Made by a program: the position numbers and the translations under genes. Positions 47,690 through 55,875 of a stretch of 64,000 nucleotides of DNA are shown in pieces (position 1 is the stretch's first letter; each line of letters starts with the position of its first letter). The notes below the pieces were generated by a model, which made no database searches, was not told the DNA's origin, and was given only the letters and a program-made list of their open reading frames with translations. The stretch lies in the sequence record MW735835.1, one strand, 5' to 3'.

Positions 47690-48267
47690 CCCTCGCAGTC
47701 TGGCTCGACGACGAAGTCGGCCTTCAAGCCCAGGCCAACCCGATGGAAGGTGTGTACTTCCGCCTACCGGAAGACAACTTCGATCGTTGCTTCTCCAAGT
47801 ATGGTTTCGTCTACTCCCTCAAGGAGTTCGAGATCAACTACCCGGCCGTGGTGGAAAATCGCCTCCCGCCAATCCCACGCCACATCAACAATGCGTCCAG
47901 TCAGCTGGTCTACATGCTGATCGATCATTATGGAGAAGTCTGGCAGATCGACTATTGGTCTGATCGCGAAGGCCGCGTCAATGCTCCTCAAATGTCCATC
48001 TTCTCCATGCCGGCCGGAAAGGTGAAGACCCTGGTAGCGTGCACGGATGAAGGCGATTTGGAGTTGCTCACTGGTTTCGTCATGGCCAACCGAAACAAAG
48101 ACGAAATCAACCAGTTCATCTTCGATAAGAAGCTCGGTCACGGCAAACGCCTTACGTGGCTGAGCAAAAAGGACATCGTCGAACGTCTCAATAAGGAGTT
48201 CCCGCTTGAGAAAGATCCCGGTGAAAGTAATCCCTTCGCCCAAGCCATCGCCACCCCCTCGCCCTAA
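47686..48267 (+). CDS. Hypothetical protein coupled to the Ntn hydrolase
   Basis: ATGA overlap, AAAGGAG RBS. Confidence 0.8.
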   Translation: MTLAVWLDDEVGLQAQANPMEGVYFRLPEDNFDRCFSKYGFVYSLKEFEINYPAVVENRLPPIPRHINNASSQLVYMLIDHYGEVWQIDYWSDREGRVNAPQMSIFSMPAGKVKTLVACTDEGDLELLTGFVMANRNKDEINQFIFDKKLGHGKRLTWLSKKDIVERLNKEFPLEKDPGESNPFAQAIATPSP

Positions 48268-48405
48268 CGCGGTGGTAACCTTCTCTCCAGAAGGCAAGAT
48301 CGTGCTCGGACCTGGGCCTATTGGTGGCCCGGGTAAATAAATACGATCCGACCAAAGATCTATGTAGTAGCACTGTGACATCATCCCAAGATCACAAGGA
48401 ACCCA

Positions 48406-48639
48406 ATGCTGCTGAGCCCGGTCATTGGTCTCCTGTGCCGCCCTAACGTCCTATCCTTCGCCTGGAAGGCGCTGATCAAGGCCGTGGCTTTCGAGCCGCC
48501 GCCTACCGAACCCAGCTGGACGCGGCCGCACCCTAAGGAGACCGCCTCTTCGCGGTCCGAGCATTCTGGTCCCTGCCTCACGGATAAGGCCCGTGGCATG
48601 GTGGCGACCGAACGCTTAGACCTAATGTACATCTGCTGA
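48406..48639 (+). CDS. Putative small protein (77 aa)
   Basis: AAGGA RBS; plausible codons in the 5' half only. Confidence 0.45.
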   Translation: MLLSPVIGLLCRPNVLSFAWKALIKAVAFEPPPTEPSWTRPHPKETASSRSEHSGPCLTDKARGMVATERLDLMYIC

Positions 48640-48679
48640 AGCGAACGCTTAAAACTATCGCCTCTAAGGAGAGCTTGCG

Positions 48680-49006
48680 ATCAAAACCCTCAGCGTTGCC
48701 ACTATGGCGATGCTAACCCTGCTCGTCGCCACCGTCGCTAACGCGGCACCCGTAGTCGGGAGCCCAGGCAAACGGAAGGACGCGGTCGAGATGCCGGATA
48801 GGACCCTCACCCAGGACTCGACACCTGGTCTATCGAGGGCAGTCCCTACTGTGGACTGCTTTGGGTACGAGGCTCCTCTGACAGCGGCTCACGACTGGCG
48901 TGATTCGACACTGGAGCGGGGTAGCTACGTTGTAGTGCCCGAGAGGACTGTCAAGCGCGTGCTTCCGGTGCACGGCAGCCTGACAGTATCGGGAAATACA
49001 ATTTAA
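48680..49006 (+). CDS. Putative secreted peptide with possible ATC start (alternative ATG at 48704)
   Basis: AAGGAG 8 nt before ATC; (I)KTLSVATMAMLTLLVATVANA reads as a Sec signal; atypical codons. Confidence 0.35.
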   Translation: MKTLSVATMAMLTLLVATVANAAPVVGSPGKRKDAVEMPDRTLTQDSTPGLSRAVPTVDCFGYEAPLTAAHDWRDSTLERGSYVVVPERTVKRVLPVHGSLTVSGNTI

Positions 49007-49306
49007 GTACCGATACTGATTCGATTAAGTTCGAAGATGATGAGGGGGCAGTGGTCCTCCGTCCTTAGCAGTTAGGCCACCCAAGTATAACGGGACAGGG
49101 CGATTGCCCGACGACACCTGTTGAACGGCTCGAGCCTGGTGCGGGACAAACGTGGTAAAGGTTACGGGGCGTCGTTAGTTTGTAGTTCCTATGGCGGGGT
49201 TGATCTCCCAGCTGAGGTGCTGCCAAACGACGGCCCCTAGACTTCTCTTTATTTTTTGTTTTGCCGGGATACCAATCCTATGGTTACTAATCCCGAGACT
49301 TTTATC

Positions 49307-49618
49307 ATGTCCCTGACCCCTCTGGTACAAGTCACCACCTCGTTTGCCAACAGCTCCTCTCCGGGGTCGTTGGATAACCGTGAGCGGTGGCAGGCTGCGC
49401 GAATTACCGCAAGCCACATCAACACCTTCCTCGTTCTCATGACCCGTTGCCCGAAAGAAGCGTTCTCGGGTGAAGAGTTCGAGTCTGCCAAGCACTTGAT
49501 GACCACGTTCCAGGCGGCCTGTGGTATATTCATCGATGGTCTACATACTGCGACCACCGTAGAGCAATTATTGGAGATCAACCAGGAATTCTACTCCATG
49601 TGCTGCGCTAAAGGATAA
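49307..49618 (+). CDS. Hypothetical late protein
   Basis: CCTATG motif upstream, GAGA RBS. Confidence 0.7.
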   Translation: MSLTPLVQVTTSFANSSSPGSLDNRERWQAARITASHINTFLVLMTRCPKEAFSGEEFESAKHLMTTFQAACGIFIDGLHTATTVEQLLEINQEFYSMCCAKG

Positions 49619-49623
49619 ACACC

Positions 49624-50274
49624 ATGACCATTAGAACGCTGCTGTGCGCTGGCGCACAGACCAATAAAACCTACTTGCCAGGACCCCAGAACCTCGCGTT
49701 TGGCACAATGGAAGACCGTGGGTATTTCGGCGAGGTGAGTAGTGCTGACCTCGCTACCAGCGCCGAGCTGGCCACTTTGGTTGATTTGGATTCGATCGGC
49801 ACGATAATGAATCCGGCAGCCAGCTGGTTGAAATTCGCTCACAAAGGCAAGGTCCTCTATATTGCCAAACAGCCCCTGCGCCGGGGCTTGACGATCGCTC
49901 AGTATAGCGCCCGTGGTCTGATATATGGTCGTGATGTCACCATTAAAGACATTCCGTTTAAGGTCAGGTTCATGACCGGGGGTGACGCCGATCCCGCTAC
50001 CGTCGGCGGTGGTGAATGGAACGACCTCATGTACCCGGTATGTTCAGCCAGGCCAGCGGGACAACCAATATGGGCCAACTTCTCCGAAGCTACCCTCATG
50101 GTCAATAACGCTGATGTGGGCCGGGCTACTTTCTGTCAAGAATTACGATCAGGGTCTACATTCCACATCTACCGTGGTTACACGTCACTGCAAACTTTTG
50201 CAGCAGCAGTAGCTAACTCCGACATGAACAACTACGGTTGGCGTCCTGTCCTTGAGTACACCGGTTCTCTCTGA
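49624..50274 (+). CDS. phiKZ-like virion structural protein
   Basis: PGPQ.L..G....GYFGEV, WLKFAHKGKVLYIAKQPLR, GGEWNDLMY, GWRPVLE: recalled phiKZ paralog family. Confidence 0.8.
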   Translation: MTIRTLLCAGAQTNKTYLPGPQNLAFGTMEDRGYFGEVSSADLATSAELATLVDLDSIGTIMNPAASWLKFAHKGKVLYIAKQPLRRGLTIAQYSARGLIYGRDVTIKDIPFKVRFMTGGDADPATVGGGEWNDLMYPVCSARPAGQPIWANFSEATLMVNNADVGRATFCQELRSGSTFHIYRGYTSLQTFAAAVANSDMNNYGWRPVLEYTGSL

Positions 50275-50307
50275 TGCGTCATACAGGGCAGGCCTAGGCC
50301 TGCCCTG

Positions 50308-50355
50308 TATGCCGATTTGATTGAAACTTTTTTCAACGATACATGATAGCGGTGA
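50308..50355 (+). repeat. 48-bp exact repeat containing early promoter copy 3 (identical to 54033-54080)
   Basis: TATGCCGATTTGATTGAAACTTTTTTCAACGATACATGATAGCGGTGA. Confidence 0.9.
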
Positions 50356-50389
50356 ATAACCCCCGCAATAATCTAATGGAGATTGAACT

Positions 50390-51112
50390 ATGAACGCTAC
50401 TAAAACTGCTCTGATCGCTGGCGCCGGTGTCCTGGGTGTGGCTGCTGTTGCTGGTCTCGGCTGGCGCTGCCTGAAGTCCCGCAATAAAGCCAAGGCTGTC
50501 GAGCCGGTAGCTGCTGTTCCGGTGGTACCGCCGGTGACCAAGAAGCCGGAGACTGTGGAGGTGAAAGAACTCTCCACCCTGTCGCTGCGCAAGGCTGGCG
50601 ATCCTGTCCTGTCGGCAGTCGCTGACATGATGGACAACAACTGGAACCTGGGTAATCACCCGGTGACAGAAGAAGCTGTTGTTGAAGAGGTCGTGACCGA
50701 GGCTGTTGTTGCTCCCAACGACAAGGTCGAAGAAATCCAGGATGGCGAAGGTCAACCGCTCGTCTCGGTCTCCCGTGTCCGCGTCCCGGACCAATCGACT
50801 GAAGCCGAACCGGACATGACCCCAGTCTTCTGGAAGAACTTCCTGGCCAACATCAAGCGCCCTGACGTGATCGCTGTCGAGTCCAAGTCGGACTTTGCAG
50901 TGCACGATACTAAGCGTGCCAAGGGCTTCCATCGCTGCACCCTGGATGGCGTGGAGGGTGTCCTCCACGTCACCAAGTCCCACACCACTGCTCTGATTCA
51001 TCTCGGTGGTACGGAGTTCAGTGGTATCAGCACCAGCTCCTCGCGCTTCCAAGGCAAGGGCCTGCGCAACCTGAACGCCGATCAAGCCAAGAACTTCTTG
51101 GCCGGTCGGTAA
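50390..51112 (+). CDS. N-terminally membrane-anchored early protein
   Basis: GGAGA RBS; ALIAGAGVLGVAAVAGLGW TM followed by a basic stretch. Confidence 0.8.
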   Translation: MNATKTALIAGAGVLGVAAVAGLGWRCLKSRNKAKAVEPVAAVPVVPPVTKKPETVEVKELSTLSLRKAGDPVLSAVADMMDNNWNLGNHPVTEEAVVEEVVTEAVVAPNDKVEEIQDGEGQPLVSVSRVRVPDQSTEAEPDMTPVFWKNFLANIKRPDVIAVESKSDFAVHDTKRAKGFHRCTLDGVEGVLHVTKSHTTALIHLGGTEFSGISTSSSRFQGKGLRNLNADQAKNFLAGR

Positions 51113-51163
51113 GACAGCATAAGAGGAGGCCTTCGGGCCTCCTCTAGCTTTTCTTTTTTGACC

Positions 51164-51631
51164 TTACCAGTTCAGCGCAGCACGATCCGAGGTGATGGTC
51201 AACTTCTTCCGAGCCAGCCAAGCCTTCAGGTCCACTTCGGTGCACGAGTCAATCATGCTTGCCGAGATGGTCTCCTTGGTTTTGTACTCGTTGAGGATAC
51301 CGTTGTAGAGGTTGTCCACTTTGACCCACAGTGCTCGGTCCCAGTCAATCTTGTACAGGTACACCTGGAGTTTCTCCAGTTCCTGCTTGCTGGGTACCTT
51401 ACCCTCGAAGCAAAGCATGATGTCGTTGCCAGCGGATTTGAAGCGGTTCAGCTTGTAGTGTTTCTCCACCACGGAAGCGAAGCCCTGGGCAATGGCTTCT
51501 TCCAGCAGAGTGGTCGCGTACAGCCACTCATTGGACTCCGTGGTGTCCCACTCGACCTTGATCCCAGTGTAGGCGATACCTGGCTTGAGTTCGGGTTGAC
51601 GGTAGCCCGATCCGTGGTAAAGGTGCGGCAT
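51164..51631 (-). CDS. phiKZ-like conserved protein (probable virion component)
   Basis: LYHGSGY...ELKPG..YTG..V.WD.TESNEWLYAT; TATG motif upstream on the minus strand. Confidence 0.75.
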   Translation of the reverse strand: MPHLYHGSGYRQPELKPGIAYTGIKVEWDTTESNEWLYATTLLEEAIAQGFASVVEKHYKLNRFKSAGNDIMLCFEGKVPSKQELEKLQVYLYKIDWDRALWVKVDNLYNGILNEYKTKETISASMIDSCTEVDLKAWLARKKLTITSDRAALNW

Positions 51632-51693
51632 GATGATCCCCGTTATTTAGAAAGGAGAGGCCTCATAGTGTAGAACTTTACAAGGCCTACTCC

Positions 51694-52236
51694 ATGAAAA
51701 AGTTGTTGGTTTTCCGAGAGGGGGTACACCCCGATCCTCGAGAGCTTGACGACTTCCTATACGATAGCGAGCTATTCCGAAGTGACTTCCTTGACCTTTC
51801 CCCTGAGGAGAAGTTCGAGCACTACTCGGATAACCTGTCGCTACACACATCGACATGGGAAGTCGTCTTCAAGGATGACGACAAGTACGACTTTTGGCAC
51901 TTCCTCTGCGTGGGCTCTGACACTTACGCCTTCGATGAGCCTGCATTCATCGCGACGTTCGATTTCTTTCCTAAAGAATTGATCAACGTCCGCTGCTGCA
52001 ACTGCCGTGCCGTGTTCCACAAAGACAATTACATGGTGGTGATCTACCGCCTTCCGAAAGCAGTGTCGCATCTGGTCGATCTGCACCTCAAATATCGACT
52101 GGAAAGCTTCAAAGATGGAAAGTACCACTATGATCTACCTAAGGATGACCTGGGATCTGTTAATGTACAAATGGAGGAAGCGGAAGTTTCTGAAGGAGAC
52201 GAAACAAGCAATCCTAAACACCGTACTCGATCCTGA
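51694..52236 (+). CDS. Hypothetical protein (CxxC)
   Basis: 180-aa ORF, VRCCNC. Confidence 0.65.
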   Translation: MKKLLVFREGVHPDPRELDDFLYDSELFRSDFLDLSPEEKFEHYSDNLSLHTSTWEVVFKDDDKYDFWHFLCVGSDTYAFDEPAFIATFDFFPKELINVRCCNCRAVFHKDNYMVVIYRLPKAVSHLVDLHLKYRLESFKDGKYHYDLPKDDLGSVNVQMEEAEVSEGDETSNPKHRTRS

Positions 52237-52678
52237 CACCTTTTACGTTTACTTGGCCATTCGAGCTGGCGGTAATAAGGAATACGCCTACCAGAACCTG
52301 GTGCAGTCGGTCTACGCGATGATCTATAGCATCTACCGCGAGAAAGGCCTCCAGAAGGAGTTCTACACGTCTTTGATGCCCAAGCACATAGACGAGTGGG
52401 CTAAGACGTTGGAGTACCGTGGAGCGCTTGCTACGGCGGCTAACGCGACGAAGTGTGTCTTTGCTCAACCTGGGGTCACCGAAGGTCGTCGGATGTACTT
52501 CCTGCTGGGTGATTTGGTCTACAACCGCCTGAGTGAAGATGAACACCTTAGGCTGGAATTGTCGGAGATGATGTTTGACCTGATTGCAGATCAAGCCGAG
52601 CCAAGCATCAAGCCTGTGGTGTTCGCCGATGGCGATCGGATCGTCAATCTGTTCACATTGCGCTTCGAAAATACTTGA
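52130..52678 (+). CDS. Hypothetical protein
   Basis: Overlaps the previous ORF by 107 nt. Confidence 0.7.
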   Translation: MIYLRMTWDLLMYKWRKRKFLKETKQAILNTVLDPDTFYVYLAIRAGGNKEYAYQNLVQSVYAMIYSIYREKGLQKEFYTSLMPKHIDEWAKTLEYRGALATAANATKCVFAQPGVTEGRRMYFLLGDLVYNRLSEDEHLRLELSEMMFDLIADQAEPSIKPVVFADGDRIVNLFTLRFENT

Positions 52679-52733
52679 TAGTATGAGGTTGATCAAAAAT
52701 CAGCCAACACTAGACACTATCAAGGACGCCATC

Positions 52734-53141
52734 ATGCCCGTCAAGAAAAGCATCGCTGCTGAAGTTAAGCCTGCCGCCAAACCCGCTGTCAAGAAACCTG
52801 CCGTGAAGAAGCCCGCCGCCAAGAAGCCGGCTGCAAAGCCTGCTGCCAAGGCTCCGGTAGCCTCGATCAAGGTGCCGGCCAAGGTCGCTGCCGCTGCTGC
52901 CAAACCGGCAACCAAGAAGGCCGCCACCAAGCGCAAGCCGGTCGATCAGATCCCCGCTGCCCTGAAGGAAATCCTGGCTTCCTTCAAGACCGGTGGCCTG
53001 AGCCGTACCGAGTCCCTCGGCGGTAAGGTCAGCAAGGCCCAGAAAGAAGCGCTGGCACGCGTTGCCAAGAAATACGACATCACCCCGTCGGAACTGGTTG
53101 CCGCTCTGGTGATCAACTTCCTGAGCGTCGCTGACGTCTAA
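52734..53141 (+). CDS. Histone H1/AlgP-like KPAA-repeat protein with C-terminal ribbon-helix-helix-like domain
   Basis: KPAAKPAVKKPAVKKPAAKKPAAKPAAK repeats; SLGGKVSKAQKEALARVAKKYDITPSELVAALV. Confidence 0.75.
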   Translation: MPVKKSIAAEVKPAAKPAVKKPAVKKPAAKKPAAKPAAKAPVASIKVPAKVAAAAAKPATKKAATKRKPVDQIPAALKEILASFKTGGLSRTESLGGKVSKAQKEALARVAKKYDITPSELVAALVINFLSVADV

Positions 53142-53220
53142 GGCGTCCATCGCACTGAGGAGGGCTTCGGTCCTCCTCTTTGCCGCATGCTATGAGTCTA
53201 GCCCTTATGAGGATTATGCA

Positions 53221-53727
53221 ATGGGTAAAGTATTCACCGGTACTGTGCTGAAGTACGGCCTCCTTGCCCTGGTGCTCCTTGGCGGTTTGTACTACTGGAT
53301 TGACTGGTCGTTGGATAAAGTCACTGAAGTGGCTAACCAGAAGACCACCATCGAAGAACGTGACAAGACCATCACTGATCTGCGTCAACAGATCACCGAT
53401 TACGTCACTGGCAAACAACATACTGACAATGGTTACGCCGATATCGAACAGGATCAGGTGGACCTACTCTGTGCGGCCCGTTACAAGGCGCCACCGCCTG
53501 TCGCCCCTGTTGCACCCAAACCCGAAATCGTCGAGGTGGTGAAATGGCGCGATCGGACCACCCAATGTCCCACCACCGATCCTGAGAAGGCCGAGCCGTT
53601 CGATCCGAACACCAGTGAGCTGCGACCTGTCAACGAAGAGATTGCCTTGCAATCGCTCAATAACACCTGGAAGGCGTACTGCCTTGCAGTCAACAACAAG
53701 GAGGAGATATGTGCTCCATTCCGTTGA
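53221..53727 (+). CDS. Putative i-spanin (Rz-like)
   Basis: N-terminal TM, coiled coil, two Cys pairs; overlaps a downstream lipoprotein. Confidence 0.6.
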   Translation: MGKVFTGTVLKYGLLALVLLGGLYYWIDWSLDKVTEVANQKTTIEERDKTITDLRQQITDYVTGKQHTDNGYADIEQDQVDLLCAARYKAPPPVAPVAPKPEIVEVVKWRDRTTQCPTTDPEKAEPFDPNTSELRPVNEEIALQSLNNTWKAYCLAVNNKEEICAPFR

Positions 53728-54002
53728 CGGGCCGGCCTAAGGTCCCGCCACCCAGTGGCCTGCTGCTGTTGGCTGTGCTACTGGTGCTGCCCTTCCTGCA
53801 CGGGTGCGGCAATAACCAGTACAAAGCTGTCCCGGAGTGTGCCATCACTACTCCGCCTGATGTCAAGCGTTTCGCTCAGGGTAACCCTGACGAGCGTCTG
53901 GTCCTGATGTCCAACGCGTACATCTCCCAGACCAAGAACGTCAACGATTGCAACGCCAAGATCCGTTTGGTGAACGCATCGAACAAAGCCGTGGACAACT
54001 GA
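53709..54002 (+). CDS. Putative o-spanin (Rz1-like lipoprotein)
   Basis: Lipobox LHG-C, proline-containing periplasmic region. Confidence 0.6.
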   Translation: MCSIPLTGRPKVPPPSGLLLLAVLLVLPFLHGCGNNQYKAVPECAITTPPDVKRFAQGNPDERLVLMSNAYISQTKNVNDCNAKIRLVNASNKAVDN

Positions 54003-54032
54003 ATAATTGGCGAGGGCAAATGCCCTCGCCTT

Positions 54033-54080
54033 TATGCCGATTTGATTGAAACTTTTTTCAACGATACATGATAGCGGTGA
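54033..54080 (+). repeat. 48-bp exact repeat containing early promoter copy 4
   Basis: Identical to 50308-50355. Confidence 0.9.
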
Positions 54081-54113
54081 TCTACCATAACCTAGTCGTC
54101 GGAGACTATCATC

Positions 54114-54242
54114 ATGATCTTTCAAATCATCAATCTGCTGTCCGCTGTCAGCGTCATCAGTATCAACTGCCCGTTCGCGGATAAAGCAGTCATCACTGAA
54201 GTCTTCAAATTCGCCAAGCGCATCATCAGCGCTGTAATCTGA
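54114..54242 (+). CDS. 42-aa early peptide (MIFQIINLLSAVSVISINCPF...)
   Basis: GGAGA RBS directly downstream of the promoter; below the ORF-track cutoff. Confidence 0.65.
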   Translation: MIFQIINLLSAVSVISINCPFADKAVITEVFKFAKRIISAVI

Positions 54243-54252
54243 GGACATCGCC

Positions 54253-54417
54253 ATGAGCCTTCAAAACGCTGTCATCAGTGTCGCCATCGTGGGTAGTGGA
54301 GTCGGGGTGTACTACCTCGCCAAACACTACATTCAAAAGAAGAAAGAAGCTGAGGCCCGAGAGGTCGTCAGCAAACTGATCGCCGATGTACCGGAGATCA
54401 TCAAACCTTCCCGCTAA
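54253..54417 (+). CDS. 54-aa membrane-anchored early peptide
   Basis: GAGGA RBS; VISVAIVGSGVGVYYL followed by KHYIQKKK. Confidence 0.7.
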   Translation: MSLQNAVISVAIVGSGVGVYYLAKHYIQKKKEAEAREVVSKLIADVPEIIKPSR

Positions 54418-54451
54418 ACGTGCACTTACCCTAGATCTAAGGAGATCTAAA

Positions 54452-54823
54452 ATGTCTTACCTTGATTCTGTTGTGTCGGTGTTCGCGCCGGTCATCCGAT
54501 TGTGGGCTGACAACCGTTCCATCCTGACCGAGTACGCTGCGGGTGCCCTAGTGGCAGTCAGCATTGAACTCAACAAAGACGAAGAGTCCGACGATGTCGA
54601 CTTGATCGTCCGGGCTCTGCATGGTGAGATCCTTCACCAAGAGCGTTTCACTTACAACTTCGAGAAATTGAAGGGGTATGCAGAAACCGCCAACAACCTG
54701 ACCGTCCATGGTCTCCGCAAAGAAGACCAACCGCAGTACCGCTCCAAAGCTGTCATCGGTTCGAAGACCATCCTGCTCACGCTGGACTGGACTCCGCTCG
54801 AAGATAACTCCTCGCAACACTGA
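54452..54823 (+). CDS. Hypothetical early protein
   Basis: AAGGAG RBS. Confidence 0.75.
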   Translation: MSYLDSVVSVFAPVIRLWADNRSILTEYAAGALVAVSIELNKDEESDDVDLIVRALHGEILHQERFTYNFEKLKGYAETANNLTVHGLRKEDQPQYRSKAVIGSKTILLTLDWTPLEDNSSQH

Positions 54824-54849
54824 TAACCTTTACCCACATGCTAAGGAGC

Positions 54850-55518
54850 ATGACCATGTACACCAACTACACCATCATCGTCGACGCCCGTGAAATCGCT
54901 GAAGCACAAGTCAACACCGCTGAGCCCTTCAAAGATCTCTTCGTCACTCGCCTGCCCAGCGAGTGCGAGGAGGTCGGCTATGAACGCGTCAACGACACTC
55001 TCATCGTCAAGTACGAAGAGAATGAAGATGGCCGCATGATGATCACTGCGCAGATGCCGTACGAACTGCACGATCACCTGCCCCGCATCTTCGGCGTCAT
55101 CATGAAGTTGCACTACGGTGTCACCAAAATCAAGTTGGGGAACAAGACCATGCGTATCGACGTTATAGTGAACGACCCTACTGGGGTCTACTACAATGAA
55201 GCTGTGCTGGGCGGCAAGATCGTCCGTCACGAAACCGCCGGTAGCGTGTTCATTCGCATGGGTGATACCTACTCGGCGGTCAGTGACATCGCCCTAAAGG
55301 TCATCTACGAACGCTTCGTGCGCCGTGGTACCGGTGTCTTCATTCCTGACCATTACCTGGTGCGGTTCGTGATCAACGGCCGCTACATCTACGAACCTAT
55401 GGCTCGTCTGTTCGGCGATGCTGAAGTGGCCGCGTCTTTCAACAGCGCCATCGAAGCTGCCGATTGGGTAGAGAAGAGCAACATCATCCTCAAACAACTT
55501 GGAGATCTGACTTCATGA
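54850..55518 (+). CDS. Hypothetical protein
   Basis: AAGGAG RBS before ATG 54850. Confidence 0.8.
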   Translation: MTMYTNYTIIVDAREIAEAQVNTAEPFKDLFVTRLPSECEEVGYERVNDTLIVKYEENEDGRMMITAQMPYELHDHLPRIFGVIMKLHYGVTKIKLGNKTMRIDVIVNDPTGVYYNEAVLGGKIVRHETAGSVFIRMGDTYSAVSDIALKVIYERFVRRGTGVFIPDHYLVRFVINGRYIYEPMARLFGDAEVAASFNSAIEAADWVEKSNIILKQLGDLTS

Positions 55519-55826
55519 TGAACGTCTATCACGAACAAGAAGGCCTGGTCTTCCGTAAGATCAAAGGCGAAGCCGGCATCAGCTACATTGCGGTGCCGGT
55601 GGAACAAGTGCCTGACACCACCAAGGAAGTCCCTTACGACCTGCTCGTCCGCCACGGCAATCCCCACACCGGCAATTGTGGCTACTATCCGTTATCCCTG
55701 CTCCTGGCCACACCCGATCGCCGCTGGTACGCAGCACAAAGAGCCAACAAGCGCCCGCCCACTGAAGAATGGGTGCGGCGCACGTTGATTGCCCTGGAGT
55801 TCGGAGGACTCCCGGTCATTCACTGA
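55515..55826 (+). CDS. Hypothetical protein
   Basis: GGAGA RBS, ATGA overlap. Confidence 0.75.
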   Translation: MMNVYHEQEGLVFRKIKGEAGISYIAVPVEQVPDTTKEVPYDLLVRHGNPHTGNCGYYPLSLLLATPDRRWYAAQRANKRPPTEEWVRRTLIALEFGGLPVIH

Positions 55827-55875
55827 CGGAATAGAGGAGGGCCACTGGCCCTCCTCATCTCTTTCTTTTTTGCTT

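Larger units (their letters stand above)
48380..49245 (+). ncRNA. Candidate large structured RNA (possibly dual-function with short ORFs)
   Basis: More than ten perfect or near-perfect hairpins, atypical codon usage in the embedded ORFs, promoter-like motif at 48361, terminal long hairpin plus U-rich tract. Confidence 0.45.

Noticed and set aside
48640-49240. RNase P RNA, group I/II intron, 6S or SRP identity for the structured region
   Set aside because: Short echoes exist (CACGACTGGC, AGATGATGA, ACAAAC..GG), but CR-I GAGGAAAGUCC, the P7 GACUA/UAGUC pair, domain V AGC/GAAA and the SRP GGAA loop are missing or out of order
52130-52236. 107-nt overlap of two ORFs as a possible programmed frameshift
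   Set aside because: No slippery heptamer or stimulatory structure was found; the downstream ORF has its own ATG with a GGA-containing upstream sequence
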